Source: Rubripirellula sp. (GTDB lineage: Bacteria; Planctomycetota; Planctomycetia; Pirellulales; Pirellulaceae). Taken from it: 64,000 nucleotides of DNA. The stretch spans positions 7,840,001 through 7,904,000 of the forward strand of contig OZ244207.1 in NCBI GenBank assembly GCA_965216875.1, in the 5' to 3' direction. Positions 32,454 to 41,916 of this stretch are shown here, in pieces; positions within the stretch are counted from its first letter, which is position 1, and each line of letters opens with the position of its first letter. Below the pieces are notes generated by a model. It worked only from the letters and a program-made list of their open reading frames with translations. It was not told where the DNA came from and did no database searches. The position numbers were made by a program, and so were the translations under genes.

Positions 32454-33410
32454 CTAAAGCGACTCGACAAATGCATCGTAGCGGGTTTGGATTTCGGGGA
32501 CCGAAGGAGAATCGCCTTCGCTGACGATGAGCCGGTATTTCATTTCAAGCGGACTCGCTTCGGTGAGCTTCGTTTTGAAATAGGTTCCGAACCGGCCGTA
32601 AGGACGCTCGGAAAAGAGTGCTGGCTTGGGCAGATTCGGATTGTCAAAGTACTCGACGGTGTAACGCTTGCCATCGATTTCATAGGTGTTGGCGAACCAC
32701 GTCAAGTTGATGTGGGGTGGTGGATTGCCTTTATCGCCGACCTGGATCGCGTCGGGATCTTGAGGGAAGTTTGCCGGACGAAGGTAGGTTGACCCGTTCG
32801 AATCGGCGACCGATTGAGCAGCTCGGAATTGGAAGCCTGCGTGTTGGCGGTCACCCGAGAGCGAGATGTCGCCGCGTTGGGATTCCAGCTTGGTCGACCA
32901 GTCAATTTGCCAGCCTTGGGTCGTCGGCTCGCGATGCACCGTGACGGTGCGTGTTTCTTGAATTACCGCATTGCCTTCAGGATCGTTCCAGTGGATCTCG
33001 GCAGTCATCGTGCCATGTTTGGAATCGGCGGATTGGTCATGGAATTTGACGTGTCGTAGGTGAGCACCCTTTTTGCAATGCCAGAAGTCGAGCGTCTTGC
33101 CTTGAAAGTTTGTGCGGTTCCAACCGACGAACATGCCGCGGTGGTGAGTGAATTTGCCGCCGGCGCCTTTGGTGATTTGCTGTCCGCTCGAAGGTCCAAA
33201 AACGTGATGGAAGACTTTGTAGGTGTCGTGCACTTTTTGGTCGTTGGAGGTGTCATAGTCGAACATGTAACGGAGGACTGGTTGGTCACCGTAAAGCAGA
33301 TCGGCAGTGCCCGCTTTGGCGTCGGTTTCCCAACGAAACGACTCGCCCCAGAGAGCGGTCGGAAGGCAGGTCAAGGCGAGCAGGGGCAAAATGCGGAGGG
33401 TTTGAAGCAT
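32454..33410 (-). CDS. DUF6807/'PmoA'-like family secreted protein
   Basis: Signal peptide; YKVFHHVF, FTHHRGMFVGW, DFWH, HAGFQFRA and RPYGRFG. Confidence 0.75.
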   Translation of the reverse strand: MLQTLRILPLLALTCLPTALWGESFRWETDAKAGTADLLYGDQPVLRYMFDYDTSNDQKVHDTYKVFHHVFGPSSGQQITKGAGGKFTHHRGMFVGWNRTNFQGKTLDFWHCKKGAHLRHVKFHDQSADSKHGTMTAEIHWNDPEGNAVIQETRTVTVHREPTTQGWQIDWSTKLESQRGDISLSGDRQHAGFQFRAAQSVADSNGSTYLRPANFPQDPDAIQVGDKGNPPPHINLTWFANTYEIDGKRYTVEYFDNPNLPKPALFSERPYGRFGTYFKTKLTEASPLEMKYRLIVSEGDSPSVPEIQTRYDAFVESL

Positions 33411-33412
33411 GG

Positions 33413-36400
33413 CTATTTGGAGTGTTGTTGGTGGGAGGGGTGTTGGTGAGATTGTTGAAGGTGAGACGGCAACTTGTAGCCGCCCGATTGAATCAGCGTC
33501 ATCAAGTCGTTGATTTCCTCTCGCGTGAGTACGTCAAGCAAGCCGCTCGGCATCGCCGACACCTTTGATTTGACCTGCTGATCGATGTCCTCTTTGTTGA
33601 CGCGAGTCAGTTTCTTTGGAGTCAGGAAGTTTGTCATCACCGCAAAATGATCTTTGGCATCGTGGGCGATGACGCCCGAGACAACGCGGCCGTCGGCCAA
33701 CAGGAATCGCTGCATCTGATACTTTTCGTGAATCTCGCTCGAAGGCTCGAGCAGTTGCTTGAGCAGCTTTTCGTCCTTGTACCGTTTGGCGACCTCTTTC
33801 AGGGCGGGACCGAGATTGACGCCGTGCCCCGCCAAGACGTGGCACTGGTTGCAGTTCGCTTTGGCAAACGCGGTCATGCCGCGCGCGACAGACGCGTCGG
33901 TTGGTTCAGCGGTTTGGAAGCCTTCGAAATCGGCAAGTTTCCACTGCTTGACGATTTTCGGGCGGGCTGCGGCGACCATGCGATCGACCTCTTTCAAGTC
34001 GTTGGCAACCACCATCACCCCTTTCATCACCACCCAGTGTCCCGGGAAGGTGCAAACGTAGGGATAGATCCCAGGTTCTTTGGGCGCGTGAAAGCGAAAC
34101 ACGTGGACTTGCGATTTACGTGTTGGCCCAATCATTTTCGAGGCGTGCAGAATCAACTTGCGTTTTGATTTGGGAATGAAATCCGAATTGGCGAACTTGG
34201 GATCCTTGGCCATTTCGTTTGCTGCGATGCCAACCTCTTCGAGGGCTCCGGGTTGGACAATCACCAGGTTGTGGTCAGTTGCATCGGGATTGGAAAAGAC
34301 GATCTTGACCGGTTGACCGGTAAGCACTGCGAATTGTTCTTTCGTGTACTTCATGACCTCGGGGACACACGAAATACGGAACGTCGCCAAGTTCTTTTGC
34401 GTGTCGAATTGGGCCTCGGGCGCGCTCGGCGTCGGTTCACGCAACTGCGCTTGCTTCTTGGCGTCGCGTAGCAATTCGGCGACTTTGTACTTGGGGTTGT
34501 TTTCCCAGTAGGGGCGAAGCGTTCGGCTGCCCAATGCGCATGTGACTGCGTAGGCCAAGTGGCCTTCACTGGGATGGTTCAGAACTTCGAGTACCGCTTG
34601 GAATGCGTCTTCAGTACCGATGTAGCTTGCCGCGATCGCCGCTTGCATGCGAACCATCGGGGCCGGGTCGCCAGCAGCCCGCTGGAGCGCGTCGATTCCG
34701 TTGGGCAGCAGGTGGTGCCAGTACCGCAACTGCTGGGTTGCTGCGGCACGAGCATGGTGGTCGTCGCAAGACAAGAGTGCGTCTAGGAGGTCGACGTTGG
34801 TTGCTTTGATGCCGCGATAAACCCAGACCGCTTCGAGTTGATGGTGGCGGAATCGCGGATCGGCGACATCAAGGTCCTTGACCCATTTGTCCAAGGCGTC
34901 TTTGACTTCGGCGGCGTTACGTTCACGCAGTTCGCGGCGAACCCAATAGCGAATCCGCGACTCCGGGCGTTTGAGTTGTTCGATCAGCTCGACGACCGAA
35001 GCCTCGGCGATCTTGGGCGGATCTTGCAGCGGCTTGTCTTTGCAGGTGATCCGCCAGATACGTCCTGAATGTCGGTCGCGGCGTTCGTCGCGTAGTGAAT
35101 ACTGTGCGTGGCCTTTGACTGGGTTGTACCAGTCGCAAACGTACATCGCGCCGCGCGGACCGTAGCGAATGTCGACGGGAATGAAACTCAGGTTCGACGA
35201 AAAGATCAGGTCGCTGACGTATTCTTCGTCGTAGCCGAAAGGGCCCTCTTTCCAGCGATGGATTTCAATGCGGTTGGTCGGTTTGTAACGTGCCTTGATG
35301 AAGCCGCCCTGAAGGTCGTCGGGGAACGTTGCAAAGTCGACAAACTCTTGCCCACACGTCCCCGAATAGGCTCTCAAGCCGACAGGTTTCGGATGTTGTG
35401 TCGGGTAGGGCGGATCAAGTGAATGGAAAGCTTCGGCAAAGATCGGATGACTGGCAACGTGTTGTCCCCAATCATCAAAGGTGACTCCCCAGGGATTGGT
35501 GCTGTGGTAAGACCCAAAGCTGGTGAGCTTTTGCGAATCAGGCTCGAAGCGAAACCAACCGCTGTTCTGTTGTCGCACCGGTCCGTAGGCCGTTTCGACT
35601 TGCGAATGGTGGAAAATCGATTCGCGGAACACGAGGTCACCGTCGGGCGACCAGATGAAATCGTGCAAAGAGTGGTGGGAGTCCTCGGTGCCAAAACCAC
35701 TCAGGACTTGTCGTCGATAATCTGCCTTGCCGTCACCGTCAGTGTCTTTGAGGAATGTCAGGTGTGGTTCCTCGGAAACGTAGACGCCACCATCCCCCAA
35801 TTCGAATGACAGCGGGATGTGAAGGTCGTCGGCAAAGACGGTCGACTTGTCGGCTTTCCCGTCGCCATCGGTGTCTTCCAAAATGACAAGCTGGTCGTTC
35901 GGTTCCTTGCCGGGATAGACATGCGGGTAGGTCGTAGAACAGGCAACCCAAAGTCGGCCTCGGTCGTCCCAACGCATTTGGATCGGCGCGGCGATATCAG
36001 GAAACTCTTCTTCGCCGGCAAACAGATTGACTTCGAATCTCGGGTCGACCTTGAATTCTTTCAACTCATCGGCCGCCGACATCCAACGGTTCGCACCGCG
36101 GCTCTGCTTCGTCTCGGGCATGACCGGAACATTCGAATCGTCAACGACGGTTGGGACGGGCTGGTCTTGCGCGATTCTCCAGATCCGCTGATCCCGATTC
36201 GACGTCATGATGTCGAAGTTCCGCATCGCTGGCAGGAAATCGAGATAGCCGTAGGTCTTGCTCCGCCCACCGGTGTAGTAAAAGGTGTTCAAAGGACGGT
36301 AGCGACGAAAGTACTGGCGGTTCTTGTCGATGATTGCTTCACGCAAATCGTCACGCACCGGAGGTGATGGTTCGGCCAGGAGTTGAGAGACGAGGTCGGC

Positions 36401-37219
36401 CGCAAAGATCCCGTAGCCGGCTTCGTTGAGGTGCACGCCGTTGATCGTAAGATCGTTCTCGGGCGAAGCCATCGCCAATTCGGTTGCCTTGAACGCATCG
36501 ACGAATCCAACCTGTTGCTCGTTGGCAACGGAGCGCACGATGTCGGCATAGCGTCGCAGGTTATCGTTGTTCAGGTCGGCGGCGGGAATGCCCGAGATGT
36601 TTTCGCTGGCGATCGGCGAGATCAAAACGATCTGAGGCCCCGAACGCCCGTTGAAGGCGAGACGTTTGAGTTGGCTGACGTACCGGGTGAGCGATTGGGC
36701 GAACGCATCCGCACCTTCGGGGCCGTCAAACGATTCGTTAAATCCGAACGCAGCCAAAATGATGTCCGCTTTTTCGTGCAGCAGGTGTTGTTGCACGTCG
36801 GCAAAGTTGTCTGGTCGAGGTTGAAGATCAGGGGTGTCGGCAGGCCAAGCAAGATTACGAACGATCAGATGATGCTTGGGGTACCGCTGGTGCAGCAGTG
36901 CTTCGATGTGACCAAAGTGTTGCGAACGTTCGAGCAACATGTTGCCGATCAGCGCGACGCGCGAACCGGGAGCAAGTTTGAGCGGCAACGTGGTTTCGAT
37001 CGGCTCGGTTGTTTCGGCGCGGGGCGCGGTTGCAGCGTAGATCGCGTATTGGGCATAGACAGGATCTTCGAAAGGCGGCGTTTGGCCGGTCGCGCGGTTT
37101 CGCGCATCCTGGTTCTTGGGTTTGCTCGTTTTTGCGGATTGGGCGTGGGCTACGAGCGGCGTCGAAAGGACTGCGGTCGCAATGAGGGCGCGCAGCATGG
37201 TCGCTGTGGCTAGATTCAT
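33413..37219 (-). CDS. PVC-type heme-binding CxxCH protein: SGNH-like + beta-propeller dehydrogenase-like + HEAT + azurin/plastocyanin + cytochrome c
   Basis: FEVNLFAGE..PIQMRWDDRGRLWV, LEDTDGDGKAD repeats, NPWG, GPRGAMYVCDWYN..GH, HEAT repeats, HN...CTFPGH..MKG copper ligands, CNQCH, GPAL and SAMPSGL. Confidence 0.9.
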   Translation of the reverse strand: MNLATATMLRALIATAVLSTPLVAHAQSAKTSKPKNQDARNRATGQTPPFEDPVYAQYAIYAATAPRAETTEPIETTLPLKLAPGSRVALIGNMLLERSQHFGHIEALLHQRYPKHHLIVRNLAWPADTPDLQPRPDNFADVQQHLLHEKADIILAAFGFNESFDGPEGADAFAQSLTRYVSQLKRLAFNGRSGPQIVLISPIASENISGIPAADLNNDNLRRYADIVRSVANEQQVGFVDAFKATELAMASPENDLTINGVHLNEAGYGIFAADLVSQLLAEPSPPVRDDLREAIIDKNRQYFRRYRPLNTFYYTGGRSKTYGYLDFLPAMRNFDIMTSNRDQRIWRIAQDQPVPTVVDDSNVPVMPETKQSRGANRWMSAADELKEFKVDPRFEVNLFAGEEEFPDIAAPIQMRWDDRGRLWVACSTTYPHVYPGKEPNDQLVILEDTDGDGKADKSTVFADDLHIPLSFELGDGGVYVSEEPHLTFLKDTDGDGKADYRRQVLSGFGTEDSHHSLHDFIWSPDGDLVFRESIFHHSQVETAYGPVRQQNSGWFRFEPDSQKLTSFGSYHSTNPWGVTFDDWGQHVASHPIFAEAFHSLDPPYPTQHPKPVGLRAYSGTCGQEFVDFATFPDDLQGGFIKARYKPTNRIEIHRWKEGPFGYDEEYVSDLIFSSNLSFIPVDIRYGPRGAMYVCDWYNPVKGHAQYSLRDERRDRHSGRIWRITCKDKPLQDPPKIAEASVVELIEQLKRPESRIRYWVRRELRERNAAEVKDALDKWVKDLDVADPRFRHHQLEAVWVYRGIKATNVDLLDALLSCDDHHARAAATQQLRYWHHLLPNGIDALQRAAGDPAPMVRMQAAIAASYIGTEDAFQAVLEVLNHPSEGHLAYAVTCALGSRTLRPYWENNPKYKVAELLRDAKKQAQLREPTPSAPEAQFDTQKNLATFRISCVPEVMKYTKEQFAVLTGQPVKIVFSNPDATDHNLVIVQPGALEEVGIAANEMAKDPKFANSDFIPKSKRKLILHASKMIGPTRKSQVHVFRFHAPKEPGIYPYVCTFPGHWVVMKGVMVVANDLKEVDRMVAAARPKIVKQWKLADFEGFQTAEPTDASVARGMTAFAKANCNQCHVLAGHGVNLGPALKEVAKRYKDEKLLKQLLEPSSEIHEKYQMQRFLLADGRVVSGVIAHDAKDHFAVMTNFLTPKKLTRVNKEDIDQQVKSKVSAMPSGLLDVLTREEINDLMTLIQSGGYKLPSHLQQSHQHPSHQQHSK

Positions 37220-37433
37220 GTCGAGAGCGTGACGGTGGGGATGTGGTCGCCAGAAAGGAAAGGCGAGCGTGGCTGGTGGCTGGTTGGACGGTAGTATAGC
37301 CAAGAGAGGGCAGGTTCACTTCGGAACGTGGCGTTTCGACGAGGCACCAGCAAGTTTCGGTCTCGGGCTGTTTGGCCTGCGGGGCTGTTTGGCTCGCCAG
37401 CGCATTGGGGAGGGCACATTTGGGTGGGCGCAT

Positions 37434-37462
37434 AAAAAAACGCCCTGTGATTCACAGGGCGT
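37434..37462 (-). terminator. Rho-independent terminator of the 74-aa gene
   Basis: ACGCCCTGTG-ATT-CACAGGGCGT hairpin adjoining an A7 run (U-tail on the minus strand). Confidence 0.85.
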
Positions 37463-37493
37463 CTGGGTCGATCATCAATCTTCTACTGGCGAT

Positions 37494-37718
37494 TTACTCG
37501 CGAGGGCGGATAGCACCGGTCAAACCGCTGTAATCGACGCGGTCGGTGTTGTGCCAGAGCGGTTGGCCCAGCTCGACGCGGCGGCGCAAAACTTCGATCT
37601 TGTCGGAGCTGCCAGCTGGAGCGTCAGTGGGTTCGAATTTGTCGTCCTCGTTAGGGACAAAATCTTCGTCGTGGCCGTAGCGCAAGATTGCTTCAAAGAC
37701 GTTCTTGCATTGACTCAT
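37494..37718 (-). CDS. Small hypothetical protein (74 aa)
   Basis: Monocistronic with its own promoter-like element and terminator; PTDAPAGS..KIEVL..RVE.GQPLWH..D motif, recalled from planctomycete hypothetical proteins. Confidence 0.85.
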   Translation of the reverse strand: MSQCKNVFEAILRYGHDEDFVPNEDDKFEPTDAPAGSSDKIEVLRRRVELGQPLWHNTDRVDYSGLTGAIRPRE

Positions 37719-37838
37719 AAAATCAGGTTTCCCGAAACGATTGGTCGCGACAAGCTAATCCAATTAACTGTGTTGACTAAGAGGCTTTGACTTCAGGTAC
37801 GCGACCGTCCCTTGGTCGCCGTTTCACGTCACGATGTG

Positions 37839-37866
37839 ATTATTGACGTTCCGATTTCCGAGTCAA
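37839..37866 (-). promoter_or_regulatory. Putative sigma70-type promoter for the 74-aa gene
   Basis: TTGACT (37866-37861), 16-bp spacer, AATAAT (37844-37839). Confidence 0.45.
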
Positions 37867-38203
37867 GAAAATTGTGTTAACTGGGAAGCGCAGCCGCGTG
37901 AGTTGCTTGACATCGGCATATGCGAAGTTCTCGCACTCGGGGAACCTTTTCGTGTTGTGCGTTTTCGGCTTGTCGCGGAAACACAATCGACCCGCAGGTC
38001 GTCAAGGGGGGAATCACCGACATTGCTGGAAACTGGTGGTGTCAAGGCGTCCATGCTTCGCGACGTTCGGGTGGTTCGAAAACCGCGGTAAACCGCAGGT
38101 GCATTGCGCAGGCCGGTTCCATGAAGACCGGGAAACGCTACGCTTTCGGCAATAAAAAACTTTTTTGATTTTGTTCTTTTCGTGAGCTACGACACCTCGA
38201 TTC

Positions 38204-38626
38204 ATGTGGATTCAAAAGACAATTGGGCTCCCCGCTGCCCGACGCGGGTTTCATTTGGTGACCCATCACATCGTTGATGCGGTTCCCGAGATCGCAAAGT
38301 TGCGCGTTGGGTTCATGCAAGTCTTCATCCAACACACCAGCGCCTCATTGACGATCAACGAGAACGCCGACCCCGATGTCCGCGTCGATTTTGAGACCGC
38401 GATGAACCACGCTGTGCCTGAATCGCTGCCGTACGTGCACACGCTCGAAGGTCCCGATGACATGCCCGCTCATGTGAAGGCATCCATGATGGGGGCGAGT
38501 GTGTTGATTCCGATCGGCCAAGGGAGGCTGCAACTAGGCACGTGGCAGGGGATCTACCTTTGCGAACACCGTGACCGAGGGGGGAGCCGCCGTGTGGTCG
38601 TGACCGTGATGGGGGAAGAGTCCTGA
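38204..38626 (+). CDS. yjbQ: YjbQ / UPF0047 secondary thiamine-phosphate synthase family protein
   Basis: RGFHLVT, HTSASLTINENADPDVR, EGPDDMPAHVK, LGTWQGIYLCEHR. Confidence 0.95.
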   Translation: MWIQKTIGLPAARRGFHLVTHHIVDAVPEIAKLRVGFMQVFIQHTSASLTINENADPDVRVDFETAMNHAVPESLPYVHTLEGPDDMPAHVKASMMGASVLIPIGQGRLQLGTWQGIYLCEHRDRGGSRRVVVTVMGEES

Positions 38627-38642
38627 GCCCTTCCCCTCCGTC

Positions 38643-38696
38643 GCTTGCCAATCGGCTATAGCTTGCCAATCCGTTGGGGCTTGCCAATCAGTGGCA
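38643..38696. repeat. Three direct repeats of GCTTGCCAATC with 18-bp period
   Basis: Units start at 38643, 38661 and 38679, with variable 7-nt linkers; intergenic between yjbQ and folC. Confidence 0.85.
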
Positions 38697-38778
38697 AAAG
38701 AAGAAAGACTTTGTGAAGTCTTGTGAAAGCCCTTGATGTTGAACTGGTGGGAACGGTCTCCCACAACGTGGTGAGCTG

Positions 38779-40299
38779 GTGACACAATCCCCATTCGTTT
38801 CGGATCGATCCAAGTCAGATGCGAAGGCCTACGCCGACGCTTTGGGCTATCTGTTTGATCGCTTGGATTTCGAGCGTTTGTCGTCGGATACCTCTCGTTA
38901 TTCGTTTCGGCTCAACCGTATGTTCGCGCTGGCTCGCCAGCTCGGTCTCGGGGCTTATCTGTGCGATGCGGGTGAAAACCAAGCTGCCGACCGATTCAAC
39001 GCTCCAGTCCCAGAGGGGCGATCTGGCGTCGAGACGGGGTCGGCACTGCCGTTGATTCACATTGCAGGCACAAAGGGAAAAGGTTCGACCGGGACGATGG
39101 TGTCCGCCATCCTAGCCAGTGCTGGGATGAAGACGGGACTCTACTCTTCGCCCCACTTGCGCGATCTCGAGGAACGTTTCCGAGTCAATGGCATCCCTTG
39201 TTTGCGTGACGACGTGATTGCGTTGGTTGACCAAATTCGCCCCGTGGTTGATCGGTTGGTCGCCAGCGACGAAATCGCAGAGCCTTCTTTTTTTGAAGTC
39301 ACCACGGCAATGGCGTTGCTTCACTTCCAACAGGTCCAGTGTGACGCAATGGTCTTGGAGGTCGGCTTGGGCGGACGCCTCGATAGCACCAACGTTTGCC
39401 ACCCATCGGTAACCGCGATCACCTCGATTGGACTCGATCATCAGAATGTTTTGGGCAACACCGTTGCCGAGATCGCAAATGAAAAAGCGGGGATCATCAA
39501 AGAAGGCGTTCCCGTTGTTTCGGGCGTACGAGACGGTGACGCCGCTGAGGTCATTGCGGAAGTTGCCCAGCGTCATCGGGCACCGCTCTTTCAAATTGGA
39601 CGAGATTTTGACGTCGAGTCGCATCCCGACGATCGTTGGGGATCGAAGGTGACTTTTCGTGGCAATGGTCCGCTCAGAGAGTCGGCCACATTCAAGTTGG
39701 GTTTGGAAGGAAGGCACCAACCGATCAACGCGGCCGTTGCGATCGCGTGCGTCGATCTTGTTTGTGACTCGAAAGCGGGTCCTGCCACTTCATTGGTGCG
39801 GGTTGGCCAAGAAGACTCGCTTGATTGTCTTTCCGATGTTCAATGTGCCTGCCGCGTCGAACGTTTTGACCTTGCCGATGATGTGATGGTGATCGTCGAT
39901 GGAGCGCACAATGCAGATTCGGTCGCTGCACTTTGCGACTGCGTCCGTACGCGGCTGGATGGCCGACACGTGCAAGTCGTGTTTGGGACCAGTCGCGACA
40001 AGAACGCTCGGCCGATGATCGAGCAACTTTCGCAAGTGGTTGATCGACTTGTCCTGACCCGTTTTCATGGCAATCCACGGTTTCGCGCTGTTCCCGATCT
40101 CGCTGAGCTCGTTCCCGATTCCTATCGCGGCGAGGTCAAGCAGCAAGAGGATCCGATCGTTGCTTGCCAAAACGCAATCGATCTTGCCCGATCGGAAAGG
40201 CGAAATGGGCAAGGCGGTGTGGTGGTGATCTGCGGCTCGTTTTTCTTGGCCGCGGAAACCCGCTCATGGGTCGCTGAGCAAGCGAGCTTTCGTTCGTAG
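38779..40299 (+). CDS. folC: Bifunctional folylpolyglutamate synthase/dihydrofolate synthase
   Basis: IHIAGTKGKGST, YSSPHL, ERFRVNG, FFEVTTA, EVGLGGRLDSTN, IGLDH, EKAGIIK, DGAHN, CGSFFL. Confidence 0.95.
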   Translation: MTQSPFVSDRSKSDAKAYADALGYLFDRLDFERLSSDTSRYSFRLNRMFALARQLGLGAYLCDAGENQAADRFNAPVPEGRSGVETGSALPLIHIAGTKGKGSTGTMVSAILASAGMKTGLYSSPHLRDLEERFRVNGIPCLRDDVIALVDQIRPVVDRLVASDEIAEPSFFEVTTAMALLHFQQVQCDAMVLEVGLGGRLDSTNVCHPSVTAITSIGLDHQNVLGNTVAEIANEKAGIIKEGVPVVSGVRDGDAAEVIAEVAQRHRAPLFQIGRDFDVESHPDDRWGSKVTFRGNGPLRESATFKLGLEGRHQPINAAVAIACVDLVCDSKAGPATSLVRVGQEDSLDCLSDVQCACRVERFDLADDVMVIVDGAHNADSVAALCDCVRTRLDGRHVQVVFGTSRDKNARPMIEQLSQVVDRLVLTRFHGNPRFRAVPDLAELVPDSYRGEVKQQEDPIVACQNAIDLARSERRNGQGGVVVICGSFFLAAETRSWVAEQASFRS

Positions 40300-40350
40300 T
40301 ACCGAGCTTTGGCCGGACTCTTCGCGCATTCCGCCTGAAGGCGGGACTAC
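40296..40350. repeat. REPIN-like doublet, family A (GTAG...CTAC)
   Basis: GTAGTACCGAGCTTTGGCCGGA followed by inverted TTCCGCCTGAAGGCGGGACTAC. The folC TAG stop lies within the GTAG. Confidence 0.75.
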
Positions 40351-40376
40351 AAACGGGCAGGACCAAAAACGGCGCA

Positions 40377-40934
40377 CTATCCCAGCGGCATCGTGCTGAC
40401 GAGCAGTTCGACGTCACCGAGCGGGAGGCGGGTGCGGTCAGCAATCTCGGTTGCGGTGTGCCCCGAACGAGCGAGCCGCTCGACTTCGCTTTTTTGGTTG
40501 GCGGTGATGACGCTGCTGGAAGCAGGCTCGGCCGATGGCGGAGTCTCACCTTCGAGCTGTGCAAGGTATTCGATTCGCTGGTCAAGCTGACGCATGAGAG
40601 ATTGAACCACCCCAATGCGCGTATCGAGTTCCGCCTTGAGTTCCCGCTGCAGGTCGAACATCGCGACTTGCCAGCGTTGGGTTTCGGGCGGAGCATCGGC
40701 CAACGGCAGCGCCGGTTCCTTGTGCTCACGCACCGCCGCAAGTTGCTTGCGTGCGGAGCGATTGTCGCGATTGACCCGTTTTCGGTTTTTGATTTGGCGT
40801 CGCGCGAGAACCCAGCCCAGCATGATGAAACCGGCAACCATCAGCAGCTGGGCTTGCTGCATCTCACCCTCGGCGAGCAAGCTGACTTGGGCGCAAACGG
40901 ATAGAGAGGAACTCGAAGCGAGCATGGCCAACAT
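40377..40934 (-). CDS. Membrane-anchored coiled-coil protein with C-terminal HTH (DUF2802/DUF6115-like)
   Basis: One TM helix, coiled coil (FDLQRELKAELDTRI..), C-terminal VERLARSGHTATEIADRTRLPLGDVELLV. Confidence 0.7.
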   Translation of the reverse strand: MLAMLASSSSLSVCAQVSLLAEGEMQQAQLLMVAGFIMLGWVLARRQIKNRKRVNRDNRSARKQLAAVREHKEPALPLADAPPETQRWQVAMFDLQRELKAELDTRIGVVQSLMRQLDQRIEYLAQLEGETPPSAEPASSSVITANQKSEVERLARSGHTATEIADRTRLPLGDVELLVSTMPLG

Positions 40935-41178
40935 CAACCAAGTGCAAAATGTCTGGGCTCTGATGGCGCAGGATTAGCGCCATCGGCATACACTTGGTAT
41001 CATCGTCGCGCCCGGTGGTGGCAAAGAGTCTTGTTGAAGGAGGACGGGTTGTAGGGAATGCACCCGTTGCAGCGTGCGTAGCGACTTGCCCATCTATTCG
41101 GCCAGACGGGCCGGCTTGTCGGGCCGGCTTATCGGGCGGTCCAAAAGGCAAGATGTTCGTTTCCACTGATAACCTGTG

Positions 41179-41916
41179 ATGACTCAGCGTTCCTCCATCG
41201 TCGAACTTTGGCATGCGACGAGTTCGTCCGAAGCACCTGGTGAAATCGAGGCGACGTGCCACGAGTGGCTCGCCGCATCGGAGAAAGAACGCGCGAATCA
41301 GTTCAAGGTGTCAACCAGTCGCAACCAGCACATCGTTGGCCGCGGGATGGCCCGACGCCTTTTATCGGACAGCCAAATCGCGCCGGGTGCGATCGATTTC
41401 GATTTGCTGCCGCACGGCAAGCCAGTGGTCGCTGCTCCGGAACAAGCCAGGCGGCCGTTCAACGTCGCGCACACCGACGGGTTGGTGATGTGTGGCATCA
41501 GCCGCCAAGCGGACATTCAACTTGGTGTCGATGTTGAACGTTTCGGCCGCCGGACGGACCCCGAACTGGCGCAGCGTTTCTTTTCACGACCTGAAGTTGC
41601 CCTGCTCGACAATTGCAATAGCGAGGAGCATCGCCGCGACCTGTTCTTGAAAATATGGACGCTGAAAGAGTCTTTCATCAAAGCGATCGGTACGGGAATG
41701 CACACGCCGCTTGCCGATTTTGCGTTTCACGACGTTGAATCGTCTTCGCCAACGATCGAACTGTTGAGTCCCAAGTTGGACCGCGGAACTCGTTGGACCT
41801 TCTTTTCGCTCCAGCCCCGCCCCGGATTCATCGCCGCCGCGGCCGTTGGCAGTGACGATGCCGAGACGACGTATGACTTCGCGGTTGAAAGCTTTGACGA
41901 ATTGCTTCAAGGCTGA
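41179..41916 (+). CDS. 4'-phosphopantetheinyl transferase (Sfp type)
   Basis: HGKP, FNVAHT, LGVDVE, FFSRPE, WTLKESFIKAIGTG. Confidence 0.93.
   Translation: MTQRSSIVELWHATSSSEAPGEIEATCHEWLAASEKERANQFKVSTSRNQHIVGRGMARRLLSDSQIAPGAIDFDLLPHGKPVVAAPEQARRPFNVAHTDGLVMCGISRQADIQLGVDVERFGRRTDPELAQRFFSRPEVALLDNCNSEEHRRDLFLKIWTLKESFIKAIGTGMHTPLADFAFHDVESSSPTIELLSPKLDRGTRWTFFSLQPRPGFIAAAAVGSDDAETTYDFAVESFDELLQG

Noticed and set aside
32454..33410. 'PmoA' family label as evidence of methane oxidation (also 1-664)
   Set aside because: These are soluble DUF6807-type proteins without the TM helices of particulate methane monooxygenase, and no pmoB/C genes are present.
38040..38100. GGTTCGAA T-loop-like motif suggesting a tRNA
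   Set aside because: I could not build an acceptor stem, anticodon arm or CCA end.
38643..38696. Repeat-spacer pattern as a mini-CRISPR
   Set aside because: An 11-bp repeat and 7-bp linkers are far too short.
41179..41916. Sfp-type PPTase as a marker of a secondary-metabolite cluster
   Set aside because: No NRPS, PKS or carrier-protein gene is in the window; it is probably a stand-alone housekeeping enzyme.
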